From the NCBI GenBank assembly GCA_034437795.1, contig DAOTTI010000267.1, positions 1,277-65,276 of the forward strand: 64,000 nucleotides of DNA, read 5' to 3'. Source of the DNA: Chloroflexota bacterium. GTDB lineage: Bacteria; Chloroflexota; UBA11872; UBA12225. A program made the translations under genes and the position numbers. How positions within the stretch are numbered: the stretch's first letter is position 1; every line of letters starts with the position of its first letter. The notes under the pieces are model-generated. The model was not told where the DNA came from. It did no database searches and saw only the letters and a list, made by a program, of their open reading frames with translations. Positions 45,496 to 53,913 of this stretch are shown piece by piece.

Positions 45496-46743
45496 ATGGT
45501 CATGGCGGCGGAACGGCTGGCGATCGACGGCGGGACGCCGGTACGGTCGGCGCCCTTTCCCTCCTGGCCGGTGGTGGATAAGGAGGATGAAGCGACGCTG
45601 CTGGCGGTGCTGCAGTCAGGGCAGTGGGGGTCCCACAGCGGGGGCGGCCGTGTGGCCGCCTTCGAGCGGGAGTTTGCCTCCTTTCAGCAGGCGGCGCACG
45701 GTGTGGCGGTCACCAATGGCACGGCGGCGCTGGAGGTAGCCTTGCGCGCCTGCGGGGTGGGCATCGGTGACGAGGTGATCGTCCCGCCGTACACGTTCGT
45801 GGCTACGGCCAGCGCCTGCCTGACGCTGGGCGCCTTTCCCGTGTTTGTGGACATCGACCCCGAGACCTACGCCATCGATCCGGCACGCGTCGAGGAGGCG
45901 ATTACGCCCCGCACGAAGGCCATCATCGCCGTGCATATCGGCGGGGGCCCGGCGGATATGGATGGCGTGCTGGACGTGGCTAAACGTCACGGCCTGCGCG
46001 TGATCGAGGACGCGGCCCAGGCCCACGGGGCCGCCTGGCGGGGGCGGCGGGTCGGCGCCATCGGGAACGCAGGGACCTTCAGCTTCCAATCGAGCAAGAA
46101 CCTCACCGCCGGCGAGGGCGGGATCGTGCTCACGGACGACCCGCAGCTGGCGGACCTGGCCTGGTCGGTGGCGAACGTGGGGCGCCGCCGGAGCAGCGGC
46201 GAGTCCGGCTGGTACCAGCATGACGTGCTGGGCTCCAACTACCGGCTGACCGAGTTCCAGGGGGCCCTGCTGCTCTCCCAGCTGCGGCGCCTGCCGGAGC
46301 AGATCGCGCATCGGGAGCGCATGGCGGCGCGCCTCACCGCCGGGCTGAACGAGGTGCCGGGCTTCCGGCCGGTCCAGCGCGACCCGCGGGTGACGACGCA
46401 CGCCTGGCACCTCTACATGTGCCGCTACGACGCGGGGGCCTTTGGCGGGCGCCCACGGCAGGAGTTCCTGGCCGCCCTGCGGGCCGAAGGCATCCCGTGC
46501 AGTAGCGGGTACACCCCGCTGTACCGCGCGCCGGCCATCCGCAAGGCCGTGGCCACCCTGGAGGCGGCCCTGGGCCGGAGCGGGTACGCGGCGCTGCTCT
46601 CGCCCGAGCGGTGCCCGGTGAACGAGTGGGTGTGCAATGAGGGCGGGGTCTGGTTCACGCAGCGGATGCTCCTGGGCAGCGAGCGCGACGTGGACGACAT
46701 CGTGGCCGCCGTGCGGAAGGTGCAGCGGGCGTTCGCACGCTGA
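45496..46743 (+). CDS. DegT/DnrJ/EryC1/StrS family PLP-dependent aminotransferase
   Basis: FSFQSSKNLTAGEGG (PLP lysine block), IEDAAQAHGA. AAGGAGAGG lies upstream of the ATG. Confidence 0.9.
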   Translation: MVMAAERLAIDGGTPVRSAPFPSWPVVDKEDEATLLAVLQSGQWGSHSGGGRVAAFEREFASFQQAAHGVAVTNGTAALEVALRACGVGIGDEVIVPPYTFVATASACLTLGAFPVFVDIDPETYAIDPARVEEAITPRTKAIIAVHIGGGPADMDGVLDVAKRHGLRVIEDAAQAHGAAWRGRRVGAIGNAGTFSFQSSKNLTAGEGGIVLTDDPQLADLAWSVANVGRRRSSGESGWYQHDVLGSNYRLTEFQGALLLSQLRRLPEQIAHRERMAARLTAGLNEVPGFRPVQRDPRVTTHAWHLYMCRYDAGAFGGRPRQEFLAALRAEGIPCSSGYTPLYRAPAIRKAVATLEAALGRSGYAALLSPERCPVNEWVCNEGGVWFTQRMLLGSERDVDDIVAAVRKVQRAFAR

Positions 46744-46820
46744 GCCACGACCGGAAGAGATGATCCCCTCTCCGGTGCGTAATGGCGGGTGAGGCTCAAC
46801 TCGCGCCGGCGGCCCGGACC

Positions 46821-47912
46821 TCACCCCTTCGGCCGTGGCCGCACCGCACGGCGCGGCCACGGGGGTCCTGGTCGCAATCCGACAAAGAGCCCCGGGCGGC
46901 GCGCCGTGGCGGCATCGACGATGGCGTTGTGGATGGGCGGCTGGCCGGCGATAAAGCGCTCCAGGTCATCGACCAGAGCCTGGCCGATGCGCCAGTACGC
47001 CTCCCGCGTGCCGCCGGCGCGGTGCGGCGTGAGGATCACGTTCGGCAGCGAACGGTAGGGATGCCCCGCAGGGAGCGGCTCGTGGTCGAAGACGTCCATC
47101 GCCGCGCGGAAGCGCCCCTGGCGCAGGCGCTCGACCAGCGCCGCCTCATCCACCAGCCACGAGCGCGAGATGACCAGCAAGATGCTGTCCGGCCGCAAGA
47201 GATCGAGTAAGGCCCCACCGATGAGGGCCCGGTTGGCGGGGTTGGGCATGGCCAGCAGGAAGACGGCGTCGGCGGTGCGGAAGATCTCTTCCAGGGTCGC
47301 CGGCGCCGCCCCGGCCCCTGCGATGGCTTCCAGTGGCAGGTAGGGGTCGTAGGCCAGCAGGCGCGGCTCAAAGGGCGCCAGAAAGCGGACCAGCGTCTGG
47401 GCGATCCCGCCAAAGCCGACGAAGCCAAGCGTGCGGAACGACGCCTCTCGGTTCTGGGACTTGGGCACGCCCTCGATCCCGTCGTAGGTGTGCAGGGCGC
47501 GATCGTGCGCCACCACGTCGCGGACGGCGGCCAGGTAGAGCGCCAGCGCCATCTCCGCCACCGAGCGGCTGAAGGCGCGTCGGCAGTCGGTGACGGTGAT
47601 GCCCCGCTGGAAGGCGACCTCGTAGTCGATGCGGGGCGGGCCGCCGGACGTCTCGGCGATCCACCGCAGGCGAGGCGCCGCCTCCAGCGCCGCCCGATCC
47701 ACGCGGACCGATGACGGCACGAAGAGCACATCCGCTTCGGCCAGGCGGGGCGTGAGGGACCGCGCCTCGTCTGGAGACTCGAAGGGGCCGATCACGGCGG
47801 CCAGGGCCTGCAGGCGTTCCCGCGCCCGCGGATGAAAGATCTGCTCGTAGCGCTCGCGGGTGAGCTGGGCGACGACCCGAACTCGTTTGTCCTCAGCCAT
47901 CGGCACGTGCAT
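46821..47912 (-). CDS. D-isomer-specific 2-hydroxyacid dehydrogenase family protein
   Basis: NAD motif LGFVGFGGIAQ, catalytic region ILTPHRAGGT. The last ~14 codons run through a family-2 repeat and hairpin. Confidence 0.85.
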   Translation of the reverse strand: MHVPMAEDKRVRVVAQLTRERYEQIFHPRARERLQALAAVIGPFESPDEARSLTPRLAEADVLFVPSSVRVDRAALEAAPRLRWIAETSGGPPRIDYEVAFQRGITVTDCRRAFSRSVAEMALALYLAAVRDVVAHDRALHTYDGIEGVPKSQNREASFRTLGFVGFGGIAQTLVRFLAPFEPRLLAYDPYLPLEAIAGAGAAPATLEEIFRTADAVFLLAMPNPANRALIGGALLDLLRPDSILLVISRSWLVDEAALVERLRQGRFRAAMDVFDHEPLPAGHPYRSLPNVILTPHRAGGTREAYWRIGQALVDDLERFIAGQPPIHNAIVDAATARRPGLFVGLRPGPPWPRRAVRPRPKG

Positions 47913-48091
47913 TCTACCCCGCCAGTACTGCCGGTAAGGAGACGCAGGCCCTGGCGCTCAGGTCCTTGACGGACCCAGGGGCCGAGCTACCATAGCAGGT
48001 GGTCCACTGGTCGCACCGGCACGCCACCAGAGCGAACCATGGTCGCGGATGCGGAGGTGACGATTCAGGCTAAGGCGGAGGGACTGAAGAC

Positions 48092-49129
48092 GTGGCCTAT
48101 ACGCGCTTAGGCGAGGTAACGCTCAAGACCGGCGAGCCGATGGAGGTCGGAGTGGTGGAGTGCCCCGAGCCTTCGCGAGCCGAGCAGGTGGCGTCGCTGC
48201 TTGGCCATAAGGGGCCGGAGTGGCGCCATCACATCGACGCGGCGCTCCAGGAGCCGCTGGACGACCTGGAGACGCGGTTCTATCTCGGGCTCATCGATGG
48301 CATTCCCATCACCAACGTGATGATTGCCGGCGCGCGGGGCGTGGGGATCCTGGGCCACGTCTACACCCGGCTGGAGCACCGCCGGAAGGGCGCCTGCTCG
48401 CAGCTGATGGCAGTGCAGATGGGGCACACCAGGCGCCTTGGCTATCGCGTGCTGACGCTGGGCACGGGCTTCGAGACCCCGCCGTACTGGATCTACCACC
48501 GGTTCGGCTTTCGCAGCATCGACGGCCAGAGCGGGCGCATGAAGTGGCTGGCCTCGCCGGACGCGGAGGCGGACTGGTTCCGTGCAGGCGCCACTACCAT
48601 CCGGCCGATGCGCTGGGATGATTGGGCCCCGCTGAACCTGCTCGCCTACCACCTGGCGGAGCCGGACGAGGAGCTGCCGCGCTCCTGGGTCTTTCGCCTG
48701 GAAGGGCACGGCAGCCTGGAGGGCAGCTTCCTGCAATTGCGCCTTCCCCTGCCTCGCCAGTCGCCCCGCACGCTGGACGAGCTGGCGAGGGCGTTCGCGG
48801 CAGGCCTGGGGGTGGCGGCACTGACGCTGGCCACCGAGCACGGCGCCGCCGCCGGCTGGGCGATCCTGGCGCGGGATCCCCTGGCCATCCGGCGCGGCTG
48901 GCTGCTCGACTTCTACGTCCACCCCGCCTTTCGCTCCCAGACGGCCCAGCTCCTGGCCGCGCTGCCCTGGCCGGAGGGCGCTCGCGTCGCCGCCTATACC
49001 AGCACGCCAGACGGCTACCGCGCCGCGGCGCTCAAGGAGGCAGGCTTCCGGCAGGTGGCCGAGCTACCGGGCTGGCTCGCGCGCGGGGAGACGCCCGTGC
49101 CGTTGCGCGTGTTCGCCAGAGGCGCCTGA
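48092..49129 (+). CDS. GNAT family N-acetyltransferase (two-domain)
   Basis: Motif A region VYTRLEHRRKGACSQLM. GGAGGGA lies 9 nt upstream of the GTG. Confidence 0.75.
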   Translation: MAYTRLGEVTLKTGEPMEVGVVECPEPSRAEQVASLLGHKGPEWRHHIDAALQEPLDDLETRFYLGLIDGIPITNVMIAGARGVGILGHVYTRLEHRRKGACSQLMAVQMGHTRRLGYRVLTLGTGFETPPYWIYHRFGFRSIDGQSGRMKWLASPDAEADWFRAGATTIRPMRWDDWAPLNLLAYHLAEPDEELPRSWVFRLEGHGSLEGSFLQLRLPLPRQSPRTLDELARAFAAGLGVAALTLATEHGAAAGWAILARDPLAIRRGWLLDFYVHPAFRSQTAQLLAALPWPEGARVAAYTSTPDGYRAAALKEAGFRQVAELPGWLARGETPVPLRVFARGA

Positions 49130-49244
49130 CGGGCCTCCCATCCGGTCTTGCTCCGGCAAGCACAGGCGGGCGCTTCGGTCGTGATCTCAATCGTCTGCCC
49201 GCTCATCGGTGCGCTCCGTGTGTCGTTAGGACGCTCATGCTCCA

Positions 49245-50303
49245 TCAGTCCTCCAGTCCCGGTAGGGGCAGCGTGACCGTCAGCCGGTCTTCCGCCGCCA
49301 TGTCGGCGGCCAGGCAGACGGCGGTGGTGCGGACGGCATCGTCCAGGTTCGGCGACGCCTCGCGCCCGGCAAGGATGCACGCCACGAAGTGGTCGATCTC
49401 CTCCTGGAAAGGGTGGTGGGTCACGTCGCCGCTGTCCGGCAGGACCGTGGGGATCTCGGCCCACCCCGTCTGGCCGGGCAGGCGCTCGGTGTAGAGGCGG
49501 TTGCCCCGCATGGTGCCGCGGTCGCCGAGGAGGTCCAGGTTGAAGACGTAGGGAATGTGCGCGTCGACGCAGGCCGACGCCTCCGCCAGCGCGCCATTGG
49601 CGAACTCCAGTAGCGCGACCGTCGTGCCCGGCCACTCGTACCCGCTGCGCGGGCGCACCGGTCCGTGGCGGGCGCTGACGGAGACCACCTCCGAGCCGAT
49701 CAGGTAGCGCAGGGCGTCGACGGCGTGCGAGCCCCCGGCCAGCATGATGCTCCCGCCGCCGGCGCGCGTGCGCGCCCAGCGGTAGCCGGCCCACTCCTCC
49801 GGCCGGATGCGGTGCCAGTAGTCGGCGCGGGCAAAGACGATCTCCCCCAGGGCGCCGTCGTCACAGAGCGCCTTGATGGTGCGCACCAGCGGGTTCCAGC
49901 GCAGGACGAAGCTGACAATGGTGCGCACCTGCGCCTCCCGCACCGCATCCCGCATGGCGCGCAGGCTCTCCAGGGTGATGGCCGGCGGCTTCTCGATCAC
50001 CAGGTGCTTGCCGGCGCGCGCGGCGCGTATGGCATTCTCCGCATGCAGGTAATTGGGGGTACAGATGGAGACGACCTGGACGCGGCCGTCCCCCAGCAGG
50101 GCGTCCAGGTCGTCGTAGGGCGTGCAGGCGTCTGGGGCGAGCCCCACCTCCGCCATCTTGCGTCGCGTGCCATCCAGCGTGCGGCTGCCGACGGCCACGA
50201 CCTCCGTGTGCGGATTGCGCATGAACGCCCGCAGGTGCTCGCCGGCCACCCAGCCGGCGCCCCACACCGCCGCGCCCAGGATGCGTGGTTGAGCCGCGTC
50301 CAT
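49245..50303 (-). CDS. Gfo/Idh/MocA family oxidoreductase
   Basis: AVWGAGWVAGEH Rossmann, VIEKPPA. Clear paralog of the gene at 53914..54954 (shared SFVLRWNPLV, IPTVLPDSG.V.HHPFQ.EIDHFV.CI). Confidence 0.9.
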   Translation of the reverse strand: MDAAQPRILGAAVWGAGWVAGEHLRAFMRNPHTEVVAVGSRTLDGTRRKMAEVGLAPDACTPYDDLDALLGDGRVQVVSICTPNYLHAENAIRAARAGKHLVIEKPPAITLESLRAMRDAVREAQVRTIVSFVLRWNPLVRTIKALCDDGALGEIVFARADYWHRIRPEEWAGYRWARTRAGGGSIMLAGGSHAVDALRYLIGSEVVSVSARHGPVRPRSGYEWPGTTVALLEFANGALAEASACVDAHIPYVFNLDLLGDRGTMRGNRLYTERLPGQTGWAEIPTVLPDSGDVTHHPFQEEIDHFVACILAGREASPNLDDAVRTTAVCLAADMAAEDRLTVTLPLPGLED

Positions 50304-50454
50304 AGCCGATCCCCTCCATGACCGGTATCCGATGAGCACCAGCATAGCGCGGCGCCGCCGGATGGTCCACCGGCCCTGGCCCCGATCCTCGTGTCAATGG
50401 CCAGCTGCCTGCGTCGCTGGTGGCCCACAGGGGCATGGCCGATGGACACATGAG

Positions 50455-50517
50455 TGGAGCCTTCTCCCTCCTCTCCCAAAGGGAGGGGGAATGGGCCGGC
50501 GATCGTGAATAAGGGGG
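50455..50517 (+). repeat. REP/MITE-like element
   Basis: CCTCCTCTCCCAAAGGGAGGGGGAATGGGCCGGCGATCGTGAATAAGGGGG. Confidence 0.75.
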
Positions 50518-50680
50518 CCACGCGCTGCTTCTGGTGACCCGTTTGGGGATCACGTCGCAGGGGCAGCCAGGACGGCCCCGTTTGCACTACACTGACGCTC
50601 GACGGGCGCGGACACACACGCCAAAGGCCCGCCGCGCGGCGCACGTGGGCCGGCACCGCAGCCCAGAAGGAGGGAGGACG

Positions 50681-52042
50681 ATGATCGCTACGAGGCAGTC
50701 GCATTCCACGTACGTGACGCGGCGCGCCGTGCTTGGGGGCGCGCTTTCGCTCAGCGGCGCGGCCGCCGCTGCCTGCGGCCCCGGCCCCAGTGCAGGCGAA
50801 GCGCCCAGGCAGGCCATCCAGCCCACGACCCTGGAGGTCTGGATCGTGGACTGGACGCAGCCCACGCAGCAGGTCTACGAGACGCAGATCCTGCCGGCCT
50901 GGCAGAGGCAATACCCGCAGATCCAGATCACGATGAACTGGCCGACCTGGACCAACATGCACGAGCAGCTGCTCACGCGGTTTGCGGCCGATACCCAGCC
51001 GGACATCTTCCAGACCGGGGCCAGCTTCGTCCCCGAGATCGCCCGCAAGAGAATGGCGATCGTCCTTGATCAGCTGCTGGCCCAGTGGGGCAAGAAGGCC
51101 GACTTCTATCCGGCGCCGCTGGCGCAGGCGTCCTGGGAAGGCAAGCAGTACGGGCTGCCCTATCTTGTCGCGCCGCGCACCTACTTCTACCGGCAGGACG
51201 TGCTGACGGAGATCGGGATGTCCAGGGCGCCGGTGACGTGGGAGGAGCAGCTCGACTTCGCGCGCCGCGCCACCAGGCACGAGGCCGGCAGGCTGGTCCG
51301 CGCCGCCTTCAACACGCCGGTAGTCGATGAGTGGGCAATGAACCTGCGCGTGCTTGGCGGCAAGGAGTACGACGAGAACCGGCGCATCATCTTCAACCGC
51401 CCCGAGTATTACCCCGCCCTGGAGGTGCTGGTGGAGCGCCACAGCATCGTGCAGCCGCCGGGGATCGAACCGCTCCCGCCGGCCGCCGCCAACGCGCCGT
51501 ACCTCGTCTCCGGCCAGTACGCCGCCCAGTACACCAACCAGAGCGCGATCCGGAACTTCGTCCAGAACGCGCCATCGGAACTGCACAAGCTGGTGGTGGG
51601 CGTGCCCGGCATCCCGGGGGGCAGCAAGTACCGCGCCCCGGCCGGCGTGACGCCCAGGCACTACGCCCGCGTCTACCCCGACTGGCTGGCCATCTCCGAG
51701 CCGGGCAAGAACCGTGATGCGGCCTGGAAGTTCGTCACCCACCTCTTCGAGCCGGAGCACCTCTTCGCCTATAACGAGACCCTGTTCTTCCTGCCCCCCC
51801 GCCGGTCGGTGGCCACGCTGAGCAAGGGCTTTCTCCAGCATCCGCAGATGCAGGAGATGACGAAGATCCTGGACCAGTACGGCGGCCCCACCGGCCTGGG
51901 GCCGGAGTTCCAGCGCACCAGCCAGATCAACGCCCAGATGTTCGCCGACGCCATCAACAAGAAGCGCGGCATCAAGGAGGCCCTGGACGACGCGGCGAAC
52001 CAGACCATGGCCCTGTACCGCGAGATCGGCTTTGCGAAGTGA
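50681..52042 (+). CDS. ABC transporter solute-binding protein, Tat lipoprotein
   Basis: AAGGAGGGAGG then ATG 50681. Signal VTRRAVLGGALSLSGAAAAACG and SBP blocks. Confidence 0.9.
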   Translation: MIATRQSHSTYVTRRAVLGGALSLSGAAAAACGPGPSAGEAPRQAIQPTTLEVWIVDWTQPTQQVYETQILPAWQRQYPQIQITMNWPTWTNMHEQLLTRFAADTQPDIFQTGASFVPEIARKRMAIVLDQLLAQWGKKADFYPAPLAQASWEGKQYGLPYLVAPRTYFYRQDVLTEIGMSRAPVTWEEQLDFARRATRHEAGRLVRAAFNTPVVDEWAMNLRVLGGKEYDENRRIIFNRPEYYPALEVLVERHSIVQPPGIEPLPPAAANAPYLVSGQYAAQYTNQSAIRNFVQNAPSELHKLVVGVPGIPGGSKYRAPAGVTPRHYARVYPDWLAISEPGKNRDAAWKFVTHLFEPEHLFAYNETLFFLPPRRSVATLSKGFLQHPQMQEMTKILDQYGGPTGLGPEFQRTSQINAQMFADAINKKRGIKEALDDAANQTMALYREIGFAK

Positions 52043-52088
52043 GCCACAGTGGGCCACAGTGAGCTAACGCGAGAAGGTGAGAGCAGCA

Positions 52089-52922
52089 ATGATCGAGCTT
52101 GGCGCCCACACCCTTCCCTACCGGGCCTATCCGTTCGAGCGCGCGCTGGAGGGGATCGCCCGCGTCGGGTTTCGGTACGTCGGGATCTGGAACGAGCACG
52201 CTGGCGCGCCGGTGGTGCCGCCCGAGGCCGGGACGGCGGAGATCGACGCTGTGCGGCGCGTGATCGACCGCTACGGACTGACGCCGCGCATGGCCTTCCG
52301 CTTCCCCAGCCGGAATGGCGACCAGCGGTCGCAGCTGCGGCGCAGCATCGAGGTCTGCGGCGCGCTTGGCATTCCCTTCCTCATCTCCGCCGGCCCGTCG
52401 CCCTACGCCGGGCGCACGTTCGGTGAGCGCAAGCGGGACATGCTCTTCCACCGTGAAGCCGAGGCGTACATTGCCATGCTGCGCGAGCTGGCGCCGGTCG
52501 CCGAGCGGGCGGGCGTGACGATCGTGATGAAGCCGCACATGGGGATCACCGGCACCGGCGCCGATCTGGCCGACCTCGTCGAGGTGATCGATCATCCCGC
52601 TGTGCGCGTCTGCTACGACGCCGGCAACATCGCCTTCTACGAAGGGCTCAAGCCAGAAGACGACGTCCAGGACTGCGCCCGCTACGTGCGCGCCGTCTGC
52701 ATCAAGGACCACCGCGGGCCCCGCGCCAGCGTCGACTTCCCCATTCCGGGCGAGGGGGACGTGGACCACGTCCAAATCTTCCGTACCCTGCTCGCCGCCG
52801 GCTTCTCCGGCCCCGCGCTCATCGAGCGGATCGACGGCCTTGGGTCGGCGCAGGCGGTTGACGCCGCCCTGGCGAAGGCTAAGCCGTACCTGGAAGACGC
52901 AGTGCAGCGGGCAGGCGGGTGA
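52089..52922 (+). CDS. sugar phosphate isomerase/epimerase (xylose-isomerase-like TIM barrel)
   Basis: Typical blocks IELGAHTLPY, GFRYVGIW, VTIVMKPH, VCYDAGNI. An alternative upstream start lies at 52077. Confidence 0.85.
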   Translation: MIELGAHTLPYRAYPFERALEGIARVGFRYVGIWNEHAGAPVVPPEAGTAEIDAVRRVIDRYGLTPRMAFRFPSRNGDQRSQLRRSIEVCGALGIPFLISAGPSPYAGRTFGERKRDMLFHREAEAYIAMLRELAPVAERAGVTIVMKPHMGITGTGADLADLVEVIDHPAVRVCYDAGNIAFYEGLKPEDDVQDCARYVRAVCIKDHRGPRASVDFPIPGEGDVDHVQIFRTLLAAGFSGPALIERIDGLGSAQAVDAALAKAKPYLEDAVQRAGG

Positions 52923-53199
52923 GCGGGTGCATATGTAGCTGGCGAACGGTCCCTTTGCCCCCACCGCACCGACACGGGGATGCGGGGACATGGAGACGTG
53001 GGGAGGAGACCGCACACGGGGAAGGGGACCTCACCCCCTTCGGTCGGGGACACGGGAAGAGGACGTCACCCACGGGGGCTCGTCTCCCCCGCTCCGACGC
53101 GGAGAGGGACACGGGCCACAGCGTGGCGCGATCCGGAACTCTTGCGCACGGTCGGGGCGGGCGGGCGCACGGATAGCCCATAATTGGTTGGGTGGTCCT

Positions 53200-53623
53200 G
53201 TGGAGCTTCGCGGTAGTGGAGGAGGGCATTTCCTGGATACCTCCGTCGTCCTCAAGTGGCTTCGAGAGGATGGCGAAGCGCACCTCGAAGCGGCGCGCGC
53301 TCTGGAGCGCCGGTACCGGCAGGAGGAGGTTCTCGTCATCGTCCCTGTTCTTCCTCGAACTGCTGAACACGGTAGCGCGCCGCTGGTTGTGGCCAGCCCA
53401 GCGGATCAGCCAGACGGCGGAATGGCTTTTGGCCGCCGGCTTCCGGGTCCAGGAGGCTCCCCTGCATCGGGTAGCCTATTGGGCAGGCCAGGGCCTCACT
53501 GCCTATGATGCCTGCTACGTCGCACTGGCTGACGAGCGGCGAATGGTGGTAATCACAGCCGACGAGCGGATCCTGGCCGTCGCCGGCGACTTCGCCCGCT
53601 CGCTGGCCAGCCTCAGCGCATAG
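53200..53623 (+). pseudogene. PIN-domain (VapC-like) gene with a frameshift near 53335-53345
   Basis: The frame from GTG 53200 gives FLDTSVVLKWLREDGEAHLEAARALERRYRQEEVLVI. The continuation SLFFLELLNTVAR...GLTAYDACYVALADERRMVVITADERIL is in another frame (track ORFs 52990.. and 53192..). No antitoxin ORF lies upstream. Confidence 0.7.
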
Positions 53624-53913
53624 GCTGCGGGAGGAGCAGGCGAACGGATGGCGGTTCGAGACGCGGCGCGCAGCGGATCTCTCCTCTTTGGCTCGGTGGC
53701 GCGGGGAACCTGAACGCGATAACGGCGACCAGCAGCTACAGTTGACAGTGTGCGCCATGACGATGACCAGGGTGGAGAAGGAGCCCGAAGCAGCGCTCAT
53801 CGTGCGCGCCATCGACCCACAGATCGTTAGCCACGGGCCAGCTTACGTGCGCTTGGCAGGGCACAGGGCCCCGACGCGGCGGTGATCTGGGACATGCGGT
53901 GGAGGGAGGACCA

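Noticed and set aside
49997-52057. 686-aa minus-strand ORF
   Set aside because: It spans the antisense of a binding-protein gene and part of an oxidoreductase gene. It has no motifs, and the sense-strand genes carry strong SD sites and family signatures.
52960-53060. G-quadruplex potential of clustered GGGG runs
   Set aside because: Loop lengths between the G-runs are irregular and long, and the sequence is better explained as part of the family-2 repeat block.
53688-53885. 65-aa ORF downstream of the PIN gene as a possible antitoxin
   Set aside because: It lies on the wrong side of the toxin gene for most VapBC pairs. It shows no AbrB, RHH or MazE-like motif and has poor start context.
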